40,000 nt of DNA from Prolixibacteraceae bacterium (GCA_963666435.2 CAXXOG010000008.1:51286-91285); one strand, 5' to 3'; numbered from the stretch's first letter, positions 19,900 to 27,926 are shown. Notes: generated by a model from the letters alone, not told the origin. A program made the numbers and translations.

Positions 19900-20140
19900 G
19901 CGGCCCCTGATAGGGTGTCCGTTACACGCAGGCCACAGCTCTTATCTATAATAAATTGAACACAGGAATGCGGCTGGTTGCACCATGTCCGTTGATAGAA
20001 GGGTGTTTTTATAGACCGGTATTTGATACAAAAGAGGGGAACCCGAAGGTGAAGTTTTACACCGAAGGTTTAGAAATTATGCTGGGCTTTTGCCCAGCAT
20101 AATTAAACCAAGAGGGGAAACCCTCAGGCTCTGTATTGCC
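19900..20140 (+). ncRNA. candidate bridge/seek RNA of the IS (3' non-coding region)
   Basis: Four short segments match the insertion chemistry. TACACGCAGG (19923-19932) equals the target left flank plus core. TGCGG (19969-19973) equals the target right flank. ATAGAAGG (19995-20002) equals the IS right end plus core. CTGTAT (20131-20136) equals the IS left end. Two of these follow a repeated GTCCGTT scaffold. The RNA boundaries are not defined. Confidence 0.5.
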
Positions 20141-20233
20141 CAAAGGTTTAGGGATTTAAAAAGTTAACTTACTGAATAGTAGAAAAATAGTTTAAAAATA
20201 AAGAATGAAAAATTTGGATTACAACATAGAAGG

Positions 20234-20356
20234 GGCGGACTGCGGGCGATTTGGCTAACGCCGATTTTCAATTCCTGTCAAGCCGAAATGCAGCCCGGGC
20301 GGAAAGATACACACCGAAAACCAATGCTGCCGACCTTGACGGGTAGCTGATGTTAT
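20234..20356 (-). repeat. A-family site A1, remainder
   Basis: ggcggactgcgggcgatttggctaacgccgattttcaattcctgtcaagccgaaa...gacgggtagctgatgttat is homologous to the intact A sites. Confidence 0.85.
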
Positions 20357-20379
20357 ATGCCGCTCTTATTCTGTCCCAT

Positions 20380-21117
20380 TTAATATTCAAACCTAATGGA
20401 ATAATATTGCAATAAATCTTTATCATTCTGTTGGTCATATTCGTGAGTCGCAATGTATATAGTGTTTTTGTCTGCCCAAAACATTGCTGTTTTTTCATCC
20501 TCATTAATGTCAATGTCCGTAAAATCAAATGCAAAAAGCGTCCAAACGCCATTTTTTGAAGACTTGCATATCTCAATTTGAAGGAAATTGTCGCAATCTT
20601 GTCTCTCCAACCCAACCCAAAGTCCATCTTTGGACATCACACCATATTCGCCTCTAAATCTTCGATAACCTGATGCTACTTTATTTGTGCTGGCAAACAC
20701 AAAACTTGCTTTTGCATTATGATAGTCTAGTATGTAAAACAAATATAAGTTAAGAGTAGGATAATATGCTTTAAAAGAAGTAAGGCATCTCGGTGAATTG
20801 CATAATTCACTTTTTGCAAGTTCTTTTTCATCTTCATTGTAAGTTTTTTCAATAGACTCAAATGGTTTTTCAAGTTTTGTAGTGTCACCAATTTCGGTTA
20901 CAAAAGGTGCATTATAGTTTCTTTTTAATGCGTTTCTAAATTCTAATTTGGTAATAGGCGAAAAGGTAAAAAATCGTCTATTTCCTTCTGACTTTGTGCT
21001 GTCAGCCTTGATTGTCTGTGCATTTGTCGAGTTGTTACAACTTATCAAAAGCAAAGTCGCTATGAGTGTCCTAGCAATTTGAAGTCTTAATGTCGATATG
21101 GTAATTGTCTTGCTCAT
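20380..21117 (-). CDS. hypothetical secreted/lipoprotein
   Basis: 245-aa ORF with the signal LLLISCNNS. The cassette is bracketed by a 13/14 inverted repeat. Confidence 0.65.
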   Translation of the reverse strand: MSKTITISTLRLQIARTLIATLLLISCNNSTNAQTIKADSTKSEGNRRFFTFSPITKLEFRNALKRNYNAPFVTEIGDTTKLEKPFESIEKTYNEDEKELAKSELCNSPRCLTSFKAYYPTLNLYLFYILDYHNAKASFVFASTNKVASGYRRFRGEYGVMSKDGLWVGLERQDCDNFLQIEICKSSKNGVWTLFAFDFTDIDINEDEKTAMFWADKNTIYIATHEYDQQNDKDLLQYYSIRFEY

Positions 21118-21138
21118 AATGTCGTCTTAGAGTGGCAT

Positions 21139-21162
21139 ATAACGTAGGAAGCTACACGCAGG
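21139..21162 (-). repeat. A-family site A2, arm separated by IS insertion
   Basis: ataacgtaggaagctacacgcagg, the same arm as at 18655-18676. Confidence 0.85.
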
Positions 21163-21252
21163 CTGTATGTTTGTAAGTGCGCAATGCATAAGCCTTCAGT
21201 GTTTTTGTAAATTTAGTTTTTGAAAAAGAAACAAAACAAAAAACGAAGACTT

Positions 21253-22329
21253 ATGCTAGCTAAAGGTACGACAATTGATTTTAACGGGCAAAACGTTTAT
21301 GCCGGAATTGATATTCATTTAAAGAGTTGGAAGGTAACCATCATGTTGGGAGACCGGGAACATAAAACATTTTCACAAGATCCGAATGCAGAAACCCTGT
21401 GGAATTACCTGCGGAAGAATTTTCCCGGGGCAGTATATCATTCAGCCTACGAAGCAGGTTTTTGCGGATTCAGCGCCCATCGCGAACTTGCGGGTTTTGG
21501 GATACACAATCTGGTGGTCAATCCTGCGGATATACCTACCACCGACAAAGAAAAGCGGCAGAAGGAAGACAAACGCGACAGTCGCAAGATCGCCAAATCG
21601 CTCCGTAACGGTGAACTGGTGGGCATCTATGTTCCGGGCAAGGGGATGGAAGAACTGCGTGGTCTGGTTCGTTACCGCAAAACGCTGGTAAAAGAAATCA
21701 GCCGCCATAAGTGCAGGATCAAGTCGTTCATTTATTTTAACGGCATACAAATTCCAATGGAACTGGGCGGCACCTCAACGCATTGGTCCGGGAGGTTCAC
21801 CCGGTGGTTAAGCGCAGTTGAATTATCAACGGTACATGGCAAAATGGTACTTGACGACACAGTCGATACGGCAGAACTGCTGCGAAAAAAACTGTTAAAG
21901 GTCAACCGGCATTTGCGTCAGGTTGTCCAGAATGGGGAATATTCACAGCAACTAAGGTTATTGCAGAGCATCCCGGGAATCGGCCTGATATCGGCCATTA
22001 CACTTTTGACCGAAATGGAGGATATCCTTCGGTTCAGGAACCTTGACCAACTTTGTTCATTCGTGGGACTGGTACCATCAACCAACTCCTCGGGCGAAAA
22101 GGAGAATGTTGGTCGTATCACCAGGCGCAACAACCGTTTTCTACGCAGCATTCTTGTAGAGGCAGCCTGGATGGCATCGAGAAAAGACCCGTCGCTGTTA
22201 TATAGCTATGCCTTACTTTGCAAGCGGATGGAACCAACGGAAGCCATCATCCGGATAGCAAAAAAATTACTAAACAGGATAAGATATGTAATGAAAAATG
22301 AAACAGAATATGTACATTCAGTGCTATAA
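21253..22329 (+). CDS. IS110-family transposase (copy 2, identical protein)
   Basis: The ORF-track protein is identical to that of copy 1. Confidence 0.9.
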   Translation: MLAKGTTIDFNGQNVYAGIDIHLKSWKVTIMLGDREHKTFSQDPNAETLWNYLRKNFPGAVYHSAYEAGFCGFSAHRELAGFGIHNLVVNPADIPTTDKEKRQKEDKRDSRKIAKSLRNGELVGIYVPGKGMEELRGLVRYRKTLVKEISRHKCRIKSFIYFNGIQIPMELGGTSTHWSGRFTRWLSAVELSTVHGKMVLDDTVDTAELLRKKLLKVNRHLRQVVQNGEYSQQLRLLQSIPGIGLISAITLLTEMEDILRFRNLDQLCSFVGLVPSTNSSGEKENVGRITRRNNRFLRSILVEAAWMASRKDPSLLYSYALLCKRMEPTEAIIRIAKKLLNRIRYVMKNETEYVHSVL

Positions 22330-22385
22330 CATCAAAACTGGTTGTAAAAACTACTCCATGATAAAGAGACTGTTTTCCGCCCCTT

Positions 22386-22626
22386 GCGGCCCCTGATAGG
22401 GTGTCCGTTACACGCAGGCCACAGCTCTTATCTATAATAAATTGAACACAGGAATGCGGCTGGTTGCACCATGTCCGTTGATAGAAGGGTGTTTTTATAG
22501 ACCGGTATTTGATACAAAAGAGGGGAACCCGAAGGTGAAGTTTTACACCGAAGGTTTAGAAATTATGCTGGGCAAAAGCCCAGCATAATTAAACCAAGAG
22601 GGGAAACCCTCAGGCTCTGTATTGCC
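22386..22626 (+). ncRNA. candidate bridge/seek RNA, copy 2
   Basis: Same sequence as 19900-20140, except that the hairpin loop at 22574-22577 is AAAA instead of TTTT. Confidence 0.45.
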
Positions 22627-22719
22627 CAAAGGTTTAGGGATTTAAAAAGTTAACTTACTGAATAGTAGAAAAATAGTTTAAAAATAAAGAATGAAAAATT
22701 TGGATTACAACATAGAAGG

Positions 22720-22821
22720 TGCGGATCGCGGGCGATTTCCTGTCAAGCCGAAAAGCAGCCCGAGCGGAAAGATGCACACCGAAAACCACTGCTGCCGCGC
22801 TTGACGGGTAGCTGATGTTAT
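22720..22821 (-). repeat. A-family site A2, remainder (carries a 21-bp internal deletion)
   Basis: tgcggatcgcgggcgattt|cctgtcaagccgaaaagc...gacgggtagctgatgttat. The segment ggctaacgccgattttcaatt is missing relative to the other A sites. Confidence 0.8.
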
Positions 22822-23393
22822 GGGCTGCCTTTCGTTTCATTAATACTGTGATTTCTAAAATCTTTCGCGATCACATAGTTGTCACCGACCAAAATAAGTT
22901 TATAATTGTTTGGTTTTAATACACTCTCAAACGACTTTGTCAAAACCCCGTGTTTGTCGCAAACTGCAACAATCTTTTGATTAATTGTAAGTGGAGCCTC
23001 TGATAATTTTCCACTTCCATCCTTCACATTTCCTAAGAATTTGTCAAAAGTGAAATTGATATTCTTGTCGGTTAAATAATTAGTCCAACGTCTCCAACCT
23101 TCGGTAATTTCTTCAATTGCATCCTTTAAGTCGTCAATAAATCTGTCAAAATGGTCTGGTTTCGAGTTTATGTAAGTTGTCACAATAATTTCGTTATAGC
23201 CAATTAATAAAGGATGTTTTTCAAAATAATGGAATTGTCCAATGACACCTTTCTTTAAACTAAATTCCTTTTTGCCAATGAAGTCGAACCGAAATAATTG
23301 CTCGTCAATCTTCAGCGTCAAAAATGTCGCTTGGTAGTTGTCCACTTGAACTGTTTTATTTTGAATATCGTCCAATATCATTTGTGCTGTCAA
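22818..23393 (-). CDS. hypothetical protein
   Basis: 191-aa ORF. Its TAA stop lies inside the ATAAC core of site A2. Confidence 0.6.
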   Translation of the reverse strand: MTAQMILDDIQNKTVQVDNYQATFLTLKIDEQLFRFDFIGKKEFSLKKGVIGQFHYFEKHPLLIGYNEIIVTTYINSKPDHFDRFIDDLKDAIEEITEGWRRWTNYLTDKNINFTFDKFLGNVKDGSGKLSEAPLTINQKIVAVCDKHGVLTKSFESVLKPNNYKLILVGDNYVIAKDFRNHSINETKGSP

Positions 23394-23407
23394 TTAAGGT
23401 TGCCGCA

Positions 23408-25643
23408 ACCGGGTAGCTTACGCCCCCTAAGAACCGTACGTGCGACTTTCACCGCATACGGCTCAGGCACTTTTAAGGCTCACCCGGCGGAGGGCAACCC
23501 GGCTGTTGTTACTTTTTTATTGGACATAAACATAGTAATTTGTTTGCATTCTTTTGCTAAATTAGCTCTCCATTTTGTTCTGTTACTGAAGTATTCATCA
23601 AATTCGGGCAGAAAAGGATTGGCTTCGGCCTTCAGTTTTACATGATACCGAATGGGAACATATCCAATACGGTACAGTCGATGATTCTCTGTTCCGTTTT
23701 TGGTGATCCGCTGATCAGTAAAATGGTTGTCGTGAAAGTAACGATGGTATATCCACCAGCGATTTTTGTTTCCATGCTGGTATTTAGCCCATCGCCTGAG
23801 CTGCCACCAGATGAATGTTGCCAAACGGATGAAAATACGTTTTGAGCAGATGCCTTTGTGGTAGTTCGACCATCCCCTGATTACAGGGTTCAGTATCCGT
23901 ATCAGAGCATGTGCGGGTATTCCACGGTTTTCGTTGATGATCGTTTTCACCTTGTCTCTAAACGATTGGACTGATTCTTTCGATGGACGAATAACCAGTT
24001 TGCCTTTAAATTTACGGACATTCTGTGAAAGGAAGTTAAACCCATCGCTGATATGCGTGATTCTGGATTTTTCGGCAGAGAGTTCTAACCCTCTTTCCAT
24101 CAGGAAGTCGTTTACCAAAGGGATAATCTCTTCGGTAATGACTTCTTTGCTGATGGCCGTGATCACAAAATCGTCGGCATAACGGATGAAGTTCACTTTC
24201 TTGTTTTTCCATCGGGGAAACTTTTTATTGATGGCCGTTTCCAGTCCGTCCAAAACCATGTTCATGATTACCGGTGATATGGTTCCTCCCTGTGGCGTAC
24301 CTTTATCTGTGCGGAACAAACGTTTTTTCTCGATGTAACCGGCTTTTAACCATTGATTAAGAATGGTCTTGTTGACGGGAATATTTTCCAATATCCAGTC
24401 GTGCCGGATGTTATCGAAACAAGATTTGATGTCCGCCTCGAATATCCATTGGGACGAGATTTTTCGGCAGAGCAATTGGAAACAGGCGGCAATGGCATCG
24501 TTGCACGAACGACGAGGTCTGAACCCGTAAGAGTTCTTGTCGGCCAACGATTCGGCCATTGGTTCGAGGGCTATCTTATGCAATGTTTGCATAGCCCTGT
24601 CGCTCATGACCGGAATACTTAACGGACGCTTTTTCCCGTTTTTCTTTGGGATGTAAAGTCGGCGCAATGGTTTCGATCTGTACCCTCTGGATTGGAGTTT
24701 TCGGGCTGCTTCGAGTTTTTCTTCCCCGTTTGTCCAAACGGTGTTGTCAACCCCGGGAGTTGCGCCTCCTTTGTTGGTTGAGACCCTTAGTACAGCCAGT
24801 AATTTAGCGTAGAATGATTTGGTAACAAGGTGCATCAGGGCTTTTGCTTTCGCCCAACGACCTTGTTTTACAGCCTTGGCAATGCGGCGTTGCAGCCTGG
24901 TCACATGTTGGATAACCTTCCGCCATAAAATGGTTTGCCAGTTATTCAATTGGTGTGGGAGCGCACACGATAAACTTTCATCCTCGTTCATTTGCTTTCT
25001 TCCATTTGCAGGTTCTGTAAAACTTTATGCCATAAAGCACCAGATGAAGGTAGGCAGGCTTTCGCCCGTGGTGATGTTGTAAACAAACTCAACCACTATC
25101 CAACCCGTTACAGGAAGGCATTCGCTTTGTTCATCGTCTCTGTCCGGCGTTTCCCGATGCCTCGCGGTTACGGTTTTATCCCGAAAATAATGGGAGAGAG
25201 CGCCGGGCTTACACGTTCCGAATAAATAATCAATTGTGTGGGTTTAGGCCCATCCTGTCTGCCGGCTGATCTACATCCTTGTAGGCACTGCGTTAAACGT
25301 ACCTAACCTGTCAGCTCACCATTTTGGTACAAAGCGTATCATTCTCTTTTTCGCTCCTACTCGCCTGTCGGCAGTAACGGATTGTTCACTATATGTTAGC
25401 CATGCCCACTGATCCAAGCCCTTAATTGACTTTGAGACTTCAAAGACTGTCTGCCTCACGGTTTCCAGCCCCGCCATTGGCTGCACGAGCCCGGCAATTG
25501 GTACTGTTTCCCGGGGGCTTCACCCGGTAATGGCTGCACCATACACCAGGTGCCCCGGTAGGATACTGCTGAAGGAACAGCAGGTTTTGTCAATCAGTTG
25601 TAACTGACTGCAAAACAATTGCTTAATACGACTTCGTGTCGCA
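23408..25643 (-). mobile_element. group II intron, full length, copy 1 (2236 nt; boundaries +/- 2 nt)
   Basis: Domain V lies at 23464->23431 (GAGCCGTATGCGGTGAAAGTCGCACGTACGGTTC). Domain VI (GGGGGC-GUAA-GCUACCC) has a bulged A at 23414, 7 nt from the 3' end. An RT/maturase ORF sits in domain IV, preceded by a ~650-nt 5' ribozyme region. The intron lies exactly between site A3 and the next cassette. Confidence 0.9.
23480..24991 (-). CDS. group II intron reverse transcriptase/maturase (no HNH endonuclease domain)
   Basis: RT motifs RLYIPKKNGKKRPLSIPVMSDRAMQ and FIRYADDFVI (YADD), plus the maturase/X domain RGWSNYH. Length is 503 aa. Confidence 0.95.
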   Translation of the reverse strand: MNEDESLSCALPHQLNNWQTILWRKVIQHVTRLQRRIAKAVKQGRWAKAKALMHLVTKSFYAKLLAVLRVSTNKGGATPGVDNTVWTNGEEKLEAARKLQSRGYRSKPLRRLYIPKKNGKKRPLSIPVMSDRAMQTLHKIALEPMAESLADKNSYGFRPRRSCNDAIAACFQLLCRKISSQWIFEADIKSCFDNIRHDWILENIPVNKTILNQWLKAGYIEKKRLFRTDKGTPQGGTISPVIMNMVLDGLETAINKKFPRWKNKKVNFIRYADDFVITAISKEVITEEIIPLVNDFLMERGLELSAEKSRITHISDGFNFLSQNVRKFKGKLVIRPSKESVQSFRDKVKTIINENRGIPAHALIRILNPVIRGWSNYHKGICSKRIFIRLATFIWWQLRRWAKYQHGNKNRWWIYHRYFHDNHFTDQRITKNGTENHRLYRIGYVPIRYHVKLKAEANPFLPEFDEYFSNRTKWRANLAKECKQITMFMSNKKVTTAGLPSAG

Positions 25644-25790
25644 ATAACGTAGGAAGCTACACGCAGGTGCGGATTGCGGGCGATTTGGCTAACGCCGATT
25701 TTCAATTCCTGTCAAGCCGAAAAGCCGACCGAGCGGAAAGATGCACACCGAAAACCACCGAACCCGCACTTGACGGGTAGCTGATGTTAT
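25644..25790 (-). repeat. A-family attC-like site A3 (intact)
   Basis: Imperfect inverted arms: TAACGTAGGAAGCTACACGCAGGTGCGG ... CCGCACTTGACGGGTAGCTGATGTTA. It starts ~20 nt after the stop of the 25811-26359 ORF. Confidence 0.85.
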
Positions 25791-25810
25791 GGTGCGTTTT
25801 CCTTTGTCTG

Positions 25811-26359
25811 TCAAGCATCTCCGTTAACCATTAGTTCATAATATTCTCCTTTTGTCAGGTTGATTTTAAGGTTAAAATAGCAATTCCCGCCATCCATAAC
25901 TTCTATTATCTCTTTTTTCCAATCAGTGTCCCAAGTGTTACAAAAGCAATTTACCCAAATTTCCTTTTCTCCTTGTGAATTAATGGCCGCAATATATTGT
26001 CGTTTGTAACGGGACAAATCAATGATAAAATTTTTCTTGTCCAGTTTATAATTTGGGTGCTTGTCATTTATTTCCTTGAATTGTCTCTCTTGGTCTGGGT
26101 TATAATTGTCAATACATTCTTTTAATAATTTCTCAACTTGCGTCAAGTCAGCATTTGTCAGCTCCACCGGTTTGCTGTCTATAAACAACCATTTTTGCGC
26201 CGTGTCAAACGGTAAAACGGCTATGGTAGAAGTGTCAATTTGTAAAGATGTCGAACTTAAAACTCCGTCTTTACTTGCAACTTGATTCTGTCCACAGCAT
26301 GAAAGGTTGACAGTCAAAACCAAAACTAATATTGTCATTTGTCTAATCATTCGTGTCAC
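25811..26359 (-). CDS. hypothetical secreted protein
   Basis: 182-aa ORF with an N-terminal signal-like segment (MTILVLVLTVNLSCCGQ). Confidence 0.65.
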   Translation of the reverse strand: MTRMIRQMTILVLVLTVNLSCCGQNQVASKDGVLSSTSLQIDTSTIAVLPFDTAQKWLFIDSKPVELTNADLTQVEKLLKECIDNYNPDQERQFKEINDKHPNYKLDKKNFIIDLSRYKRQYIAAINSQGEKEIWVNCFCNTWDTDWKKEIIEVMDGGNCYFNLKINLTKGEYYELMVNGDA

Positions 26360-26374
26360 TCTTTTAAATGCGCC

Positions 26375-26640
26375 AACCGGGTAGCTTATGCCCCCTAAAG
26401 AACCTTACATTCAACTTTCACCTCACACGGCTCAGGCACCTTTAAGGCTCACCCGGTTGTTATTACTTCAAAAACCATAAAACGGTCGCTAAGTGCATAC
26501 TTCGACAAGCTCTGTAACTACTTCGACAAGCTCTGTAAACACTTCGACAAGCTCTGTAATCTTAGCCCCGATCCCGGCGGGTGCGGTTCAACCGGGAATA
26601 ATCGCTGGGTCGTGCCGACCGCTCAGAGTCCTATTTATTA
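26375..26640 (-). repeat. junction repeat B4: B-family site module (26640->26469, 3 x 21-bp internal tandem repeat) plus decayed 94-nt intron 3' fragment (26468->26375)
   Basis: Homologous to B3. The tandem units lie at 26499-26561. Domain V carries several substitutions. Confidence 0.8.
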
Positions 26641-26651
26641 GCACCAGTTTT

Positions 26652-27356
26652 CTATGTGTCAGTTGTAATATCGTCCCAATTTTCGTCATAATATGTTACC
26701 CAATTTATTGCGTAATGTCTTTCTTCTACAATACTCTCATCTATTCTAAGTTTCTCTAACTTATCCAAATCAGCTTGTCTTGTCGCCCAATGTAATCTAT
26801 AAGTCAAGTCAGAGATGTCAAGTATTTCCGAAACTGTCCGAAGAGTCGCCTTTTCCACAAATTCATTCGTATCTGCCATGAAATCTGGAACGAGGCTTAA
26901 TAATTTTGATATTTCAACTTGTTCAATTGGCAATTCTAACTTTTCAACTTTGTTAATTGCCCAAAGTAGAATCCAAATGGCTTCTGATCGCCACGAAATA
27001 TTTATCTTGTCTTGGTCCGTAAGTTCGTTTTTGAAAAGTTCAATTTCAGCATTTGAAATACTGTTCCAGAGTCCTTGTTGTTTTAGAAAATCAACTACAT
27101 TTTCCTTGTCATCTGGTTCTTCCGCAATATAATTCAGATAAATTAAAACCAATATTCTCTTTGCTATTTCTTGAGGTGTCCTAATTCTTGCGTCACTTTC
27201 TTCTTCAATTGCAGGCAAATGGTCAATAAACGGAATAGCTAAAGACTTTAAATATTTCTCAGTCTGTGCTTTTCTTTCTTTAGCAGTCTTTTGCTCTGAT
27301 TGCTTGCCTCTTTTATAAATGTCAAATAGTCCCATTCTTAATATTGTTGTGTCCAC
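26652..27356 (-). CDS. hypothetical protein (possibly DUF4272-like; from memory, unverified)
   Basis: 234-aa ORF. The start is GTG 27356 or ATG 27335. The cassette is bracketed by a 13/14 inverted repeat. Confidence 0.6.
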   Translation of the reverse strand: MDTTILRMGLFDIYKRGKQSEQKTAKERKAQTEKYLKSLAIPFIDHLPAIEEESDARIRTPQEIAKRILVLIYLNYIAEEPDDKENVVDFLKQQGLWNSISNAEIELFKNELTDQDKINISWRSEAIWILLWAINKVEKLELPIEQVEISKLLSLVPDFMADTNEFVEKATLRTVSEILDISDLTYRLHWATRQADLDKLEKLRIDESIVEERHYAINWVTYYDENWDDITTDT

Positions 27357-27372
27357 TTAAAATTGGTGCTAA

Positions 27373-27497
27373 CGTTGAGGGTATGCAGCGTGCGGGAGTT
27401 CGTGGCCACTTCCTTATCCACCGTTACTGCCCTTGCCAGCGAGCCCTGAGCTTGCAAATGGCTCTGAAACCCGCATGTTGTATACCCTGTGTTGAAC
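27373..27497 (-). repeat. C-family attC-like site
   Basis: Imperfect inverted arms: (A)ACGTTGAGGGTATGCAGCGTGCGGG ... CCCGCATGTTGTATACCCTGTGTTGAAC. It shares the AACGT..GCAG.GTGCGG layout with family A. Confidence 0.75.
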
Positions 27498-27559
27498 TAA
27501 ATCCGCCTTCGCGGATAGCTTTTTAAAACTACCCGATTCTTCCTATTCTAAGGAATTAA

Positions 27560-27832
27560 TCACAACAAAAATTTCTGAATATGAGAAAGAAATCGGGTTT
27601 TAATATTGTTGAGCAGGCCATTGTGCTTGTTCCTGAGTTTGAAAAAGTTGTCCGCAAGTTGGCGTACATGGGAAAGGTATGCCCAATTGCCAGCGAAAAT
27701 GACTAAAAACAGGTGGCCAAACACGATTTTACCAGTGCTGTGAAACCATAAAAGCACTAAAACCTGCAATACGTCAAAAAACGTTATCTCATTAATTTCC
27801 TTCAAAAACTCAAAATCGGTCGCAAAGTGCAT
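27560..27832 (-). CDS. doubtful small ORF in a ~310-bp cassette (may be ORF-less)
   Basis: 90-aa ORF whose first 8 codons lie inside repeat B5. No motif recognised. Confidence 0.2.
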   Translation of the reverse strand: MHFATDFEFLKEINEITFFDVLQVLVLLWFHSTGKIVFGHLFLVIFAGNWAYLSHVRQLADNFFKLRNKHNGLLNNIKTRFLSHIQKFLL

Positions 27833-27909
27833 AGCTCCGATCCCGGCGGGTGTAGTTCAACACAGACTCATCGCTAGGCGTTGCACGCCACTCAGAGTCC
27901 TATTTATTA
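27809..27909 (-). repeat. junction repeat B5: B-family site module without any intron fragment (uninvaded form)
   Basis: Homologous to the site-module part of B3 and B4. It lacks domains V-VI and carries a compensated hairpin variant at 27877-27889. Confidence 0.8.
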
Positions 27910-27926
27910 GCAACCGTATCTTATTA

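Larger units (their letters stand above)
18677..20233 (+). mobile_element. IS110/IS1111-family insertion sequence, copy 1 (1557 bp), inserted in A-family site
   Basis: It interrupts the A-site sequence ...acgcagg|tgcgg.... It differs from copy 2 only in a 4-nt hairpin loop. The shared GG at both junctions makes the ends ambiguous by 2 nt. Confidence 0.9.
21163..22719 (+). mobile_element. IS110/IS1111-family insertion sequence, copy 2 (1557 bp)
   Basis: Same insertion point and orientation as copy 1. The right junction ...catagaagg|tgcggatcgcggg restores the A-site sequence. Confidence 0.9.

Noticed and set aside
27501-27526. Hairpin ATCCGC-cttc-GCGGAT followed by AGCTTTTT as a plus-strand terminator
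   Set aside because: No plus-strand gene ends upstream of it. It overlaps the cassette-specific flank of the C site, so it is more likely part of the junction structure. It is left unannotated.
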